From Octopus vulgaris (Eukaryota), in assembly GCA_951406725.2 (NCBI GenBank), contig OX597822.1, positions 86,180,001 to 86,244,000 on the forward strand: a stretch of 64,000 nt of DNA, given 5' to 3'. Numbering within the stretch: position 1 is the stretch's first letter; each line of letters begins with the position of its first letter. Below the pieces are notes generated by a model. That model did not search any database and was not told the DNA's origin. It saw only the letters and a program-made list of their open reading frames with translations. This document shows, one piece after another, positions 62,190 to 64,000 of this stretch. The position numbers and the translations under genes were made by a program.

Positions 62190-63830
62190 CACACATTGTG
62201 ACATGTGGAAACCCTAGACATGCAAGATATGGAGTGAGGTCATGGGGTAGGCTGACAGAGAAGGCAGATGCCCTCTGTATCCAATTACACTGGGTAATTA
62301 AATGCCAAGGACACTCAAGAAATCTATTTCCTCAAATTCTGAGACAGTTCTCTTGAAGTATTTGTTAGCTTTTATTACCAAGGTAACATAATTAACTGTG
62401 AGATGGGGAAGGGGTGATCCAAAAATGAAGATGCCAAAGTAAGAACTAGTTGTGGAAAAAATCATGGAACTGTTACCTCTACTGGCAGCAAAGAAAGGAC
62501 GGTGCTTGGGTATGAAGTGCAATGCTGCATAGCAGTGAGGCATGAGGCTTGAATGTAGAAGACTTGCAAAGATTAGAAAGAAATGAAGCAAGCATACTTT
62601 GTTGGTTGTATCATATCAACATACATGAATGATGCAATACAAATGAGCTGAAAGAAAAACTAGGTCTAAGAAGAGTCAGCATGAGAGAAGACTACACTGG
62701 TAATAGGATGCATCTGGAGAATGACAGCCGTGTAAAGATGTGCCAAACACCCCAGATGAATGATATCTGTAGAAGAGAGAGGCAAGGAAGACTTAGGACA
62801 AGGTGGGTAAAGATTGATCTCAAGTTGTTATATTTTATGAAAAAGATGGCAAAAGTCTGTTCATTCAGGATATGTGGAACTAGAAAAGACCTAACCACAT
62901 GAGCTTGATAAAATGTATATTAAAATGATAGATGGAAATATTGATAGGGGCTGGGATATAAGAGAAGGCATCAAATCTAATGGTAGCTGATGCACCCTGT
63001 CCAATTTATGCTCCCATTTATGCCTACCACTACTCCTGCCATCCAGGTTATTCTGTTACTGATACCATCACCAACTCTGCCATCCATCACCAAATGACTC
63101 TTCTTTATTGTTAACTGCCATTTCCTTTGCCTCTAACTCACTCCTTACTGACATCCATTGCACTCTCTGCTGCTGACCATTTCCACAACTATCCATCACA
63201 CAAATTTTCTCTCCCTCTCTCTCTCTCTCTTAAACATCTAGCTATTATTACTATTACCTTTACTAACTTCTCATCACCTCAGCTATTACTGTCTCCCTCC
63301 TAATTCCTCCCAATCTCTCTCTTTCCTCTGCCATACTCCTTTTCTTTCACCCTATCCTTCTTCTGTAACCACCCTCTCTTCTACTCACTCAGTTAATCAT
63401 ATTCCCTCAACAAACAGACACAACACAGAGTAGGGAGGACTCTTCAGTCTTTCCGAGGTCAAGGCAACACCACTAATGTTGGTGCCACAATTGAATGCAC
63501 CCGATGCCCGTCATAAAGTATTTGGTGAATAACTGGAGAAATTGTACACCCAAGAGGACCCTTTAAGCTTATTGAGGATCTGACAACTTTTCTAGTACTG
63601 GTACCACATTAAAATGCACCTTATATATTCTGTATAGTTGGTATTAGCACAGGCAGTCATAGAAACCATTCCCTAAATGAAACATATGGTTGAGATATGA
63701 TCTTTAACCTGTCTGGGAAGATAGTAAATCTAAATAAGAACTAACTCAGGCCATGATGAATCATTCACCCCACACCAACATGGAAAGCAGACTTGAAATA
63801 ATGTAGAAGATGGTGGTGATGATGATGATG
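62190..63830 (+). mobile_element. Degenerate RTE LINE with pyrimidine-rich 3'UTR and GAT tail
   Basis: ELLPLLA, LNVEDLQRLERNEAS, RQGR.RTRW remnants; tail near 63770-63830. Confidence 0.68.
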
Positions 63831-63930
63831 AGGAGGAAGAGGAGGGGGTTGAGATTCTTCAATGAGTCTGCCTGTGTTGTTGTTGTTATTATTATGTGTT
63901 TATTTGCCTATCATTTCTGTCTCTTATTAG

Positions 63931-64000
63931 GACTGTGTGTAATGAAGATTTGATGAATTTTGCTGAATATGGATGTAATTTGGAACAGTTGGACATCCTT
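63931..64000 (+). CDS. FBXL4: FBXL4 coding exon 14 (partial, runs off window)
   Basis: ctcttattag|TVCNEDLMNFAEYGCNLEQLDIL; matches SVCDTDI..LA.NC..LQQLDIL. Confidence 0.92.

Larger units (their letters stand above)
31606..64000 (+). other. FBXL4: FBXL4 gene span (14 coding exons in window, 3' end beyond window)
   Basis: Joined exons give an open 1563-nt frame (521 aa): N-terminal FSSQYG/GDFT/TYG.WW/ETYNPGA/YYTEIDA domain, F-box, then LRRs ending KLFLTANR...LEQLDIL, colinear with vertebrate FBXL4. Confidence 0.95.

Overview
AT-rich, intron-rich animal genomic DNA. The repeat families (RTE LINEs with (GAT)n tails, tRNA-derived CORE-like and Nin-like SINEs, dense TA/CAT/ATT microsatellites) point to a coleoid cephalopod, most likely Octopus (inference). 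Two host genes lie head-to-head. On the - strand is the first coding exon (RRM1) of an IGF2BP/IMP RNA-binding protein (17799-17628); its intron runs toward the window start and I could not locate exon 2. On the + strand is FBXL4, with 14 coding exons assembled by hand from 31606 to 64000 (521 codons, all GT-AG, all phases consistent), continuing past the window end. The rest is mostly transposon remains: RTE LINEs with a PHD-type zinc finger inside the RT region, CR1-clade LINEs (one young and nested), three SINE families, Tc1, mariner, pogo and hAT fossils, a probable Sola2-like fold-back element and Helitron-like pieces. I found no convincing wholly new multi-gene system. The best leads are the PHD-finger RT, TE-supplied splicing and dsRNA signals in FBXL4, and the apparently missing FBXL4 N-terminal targeting segment. 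All calls are by eye; TE boundaries are approximate.
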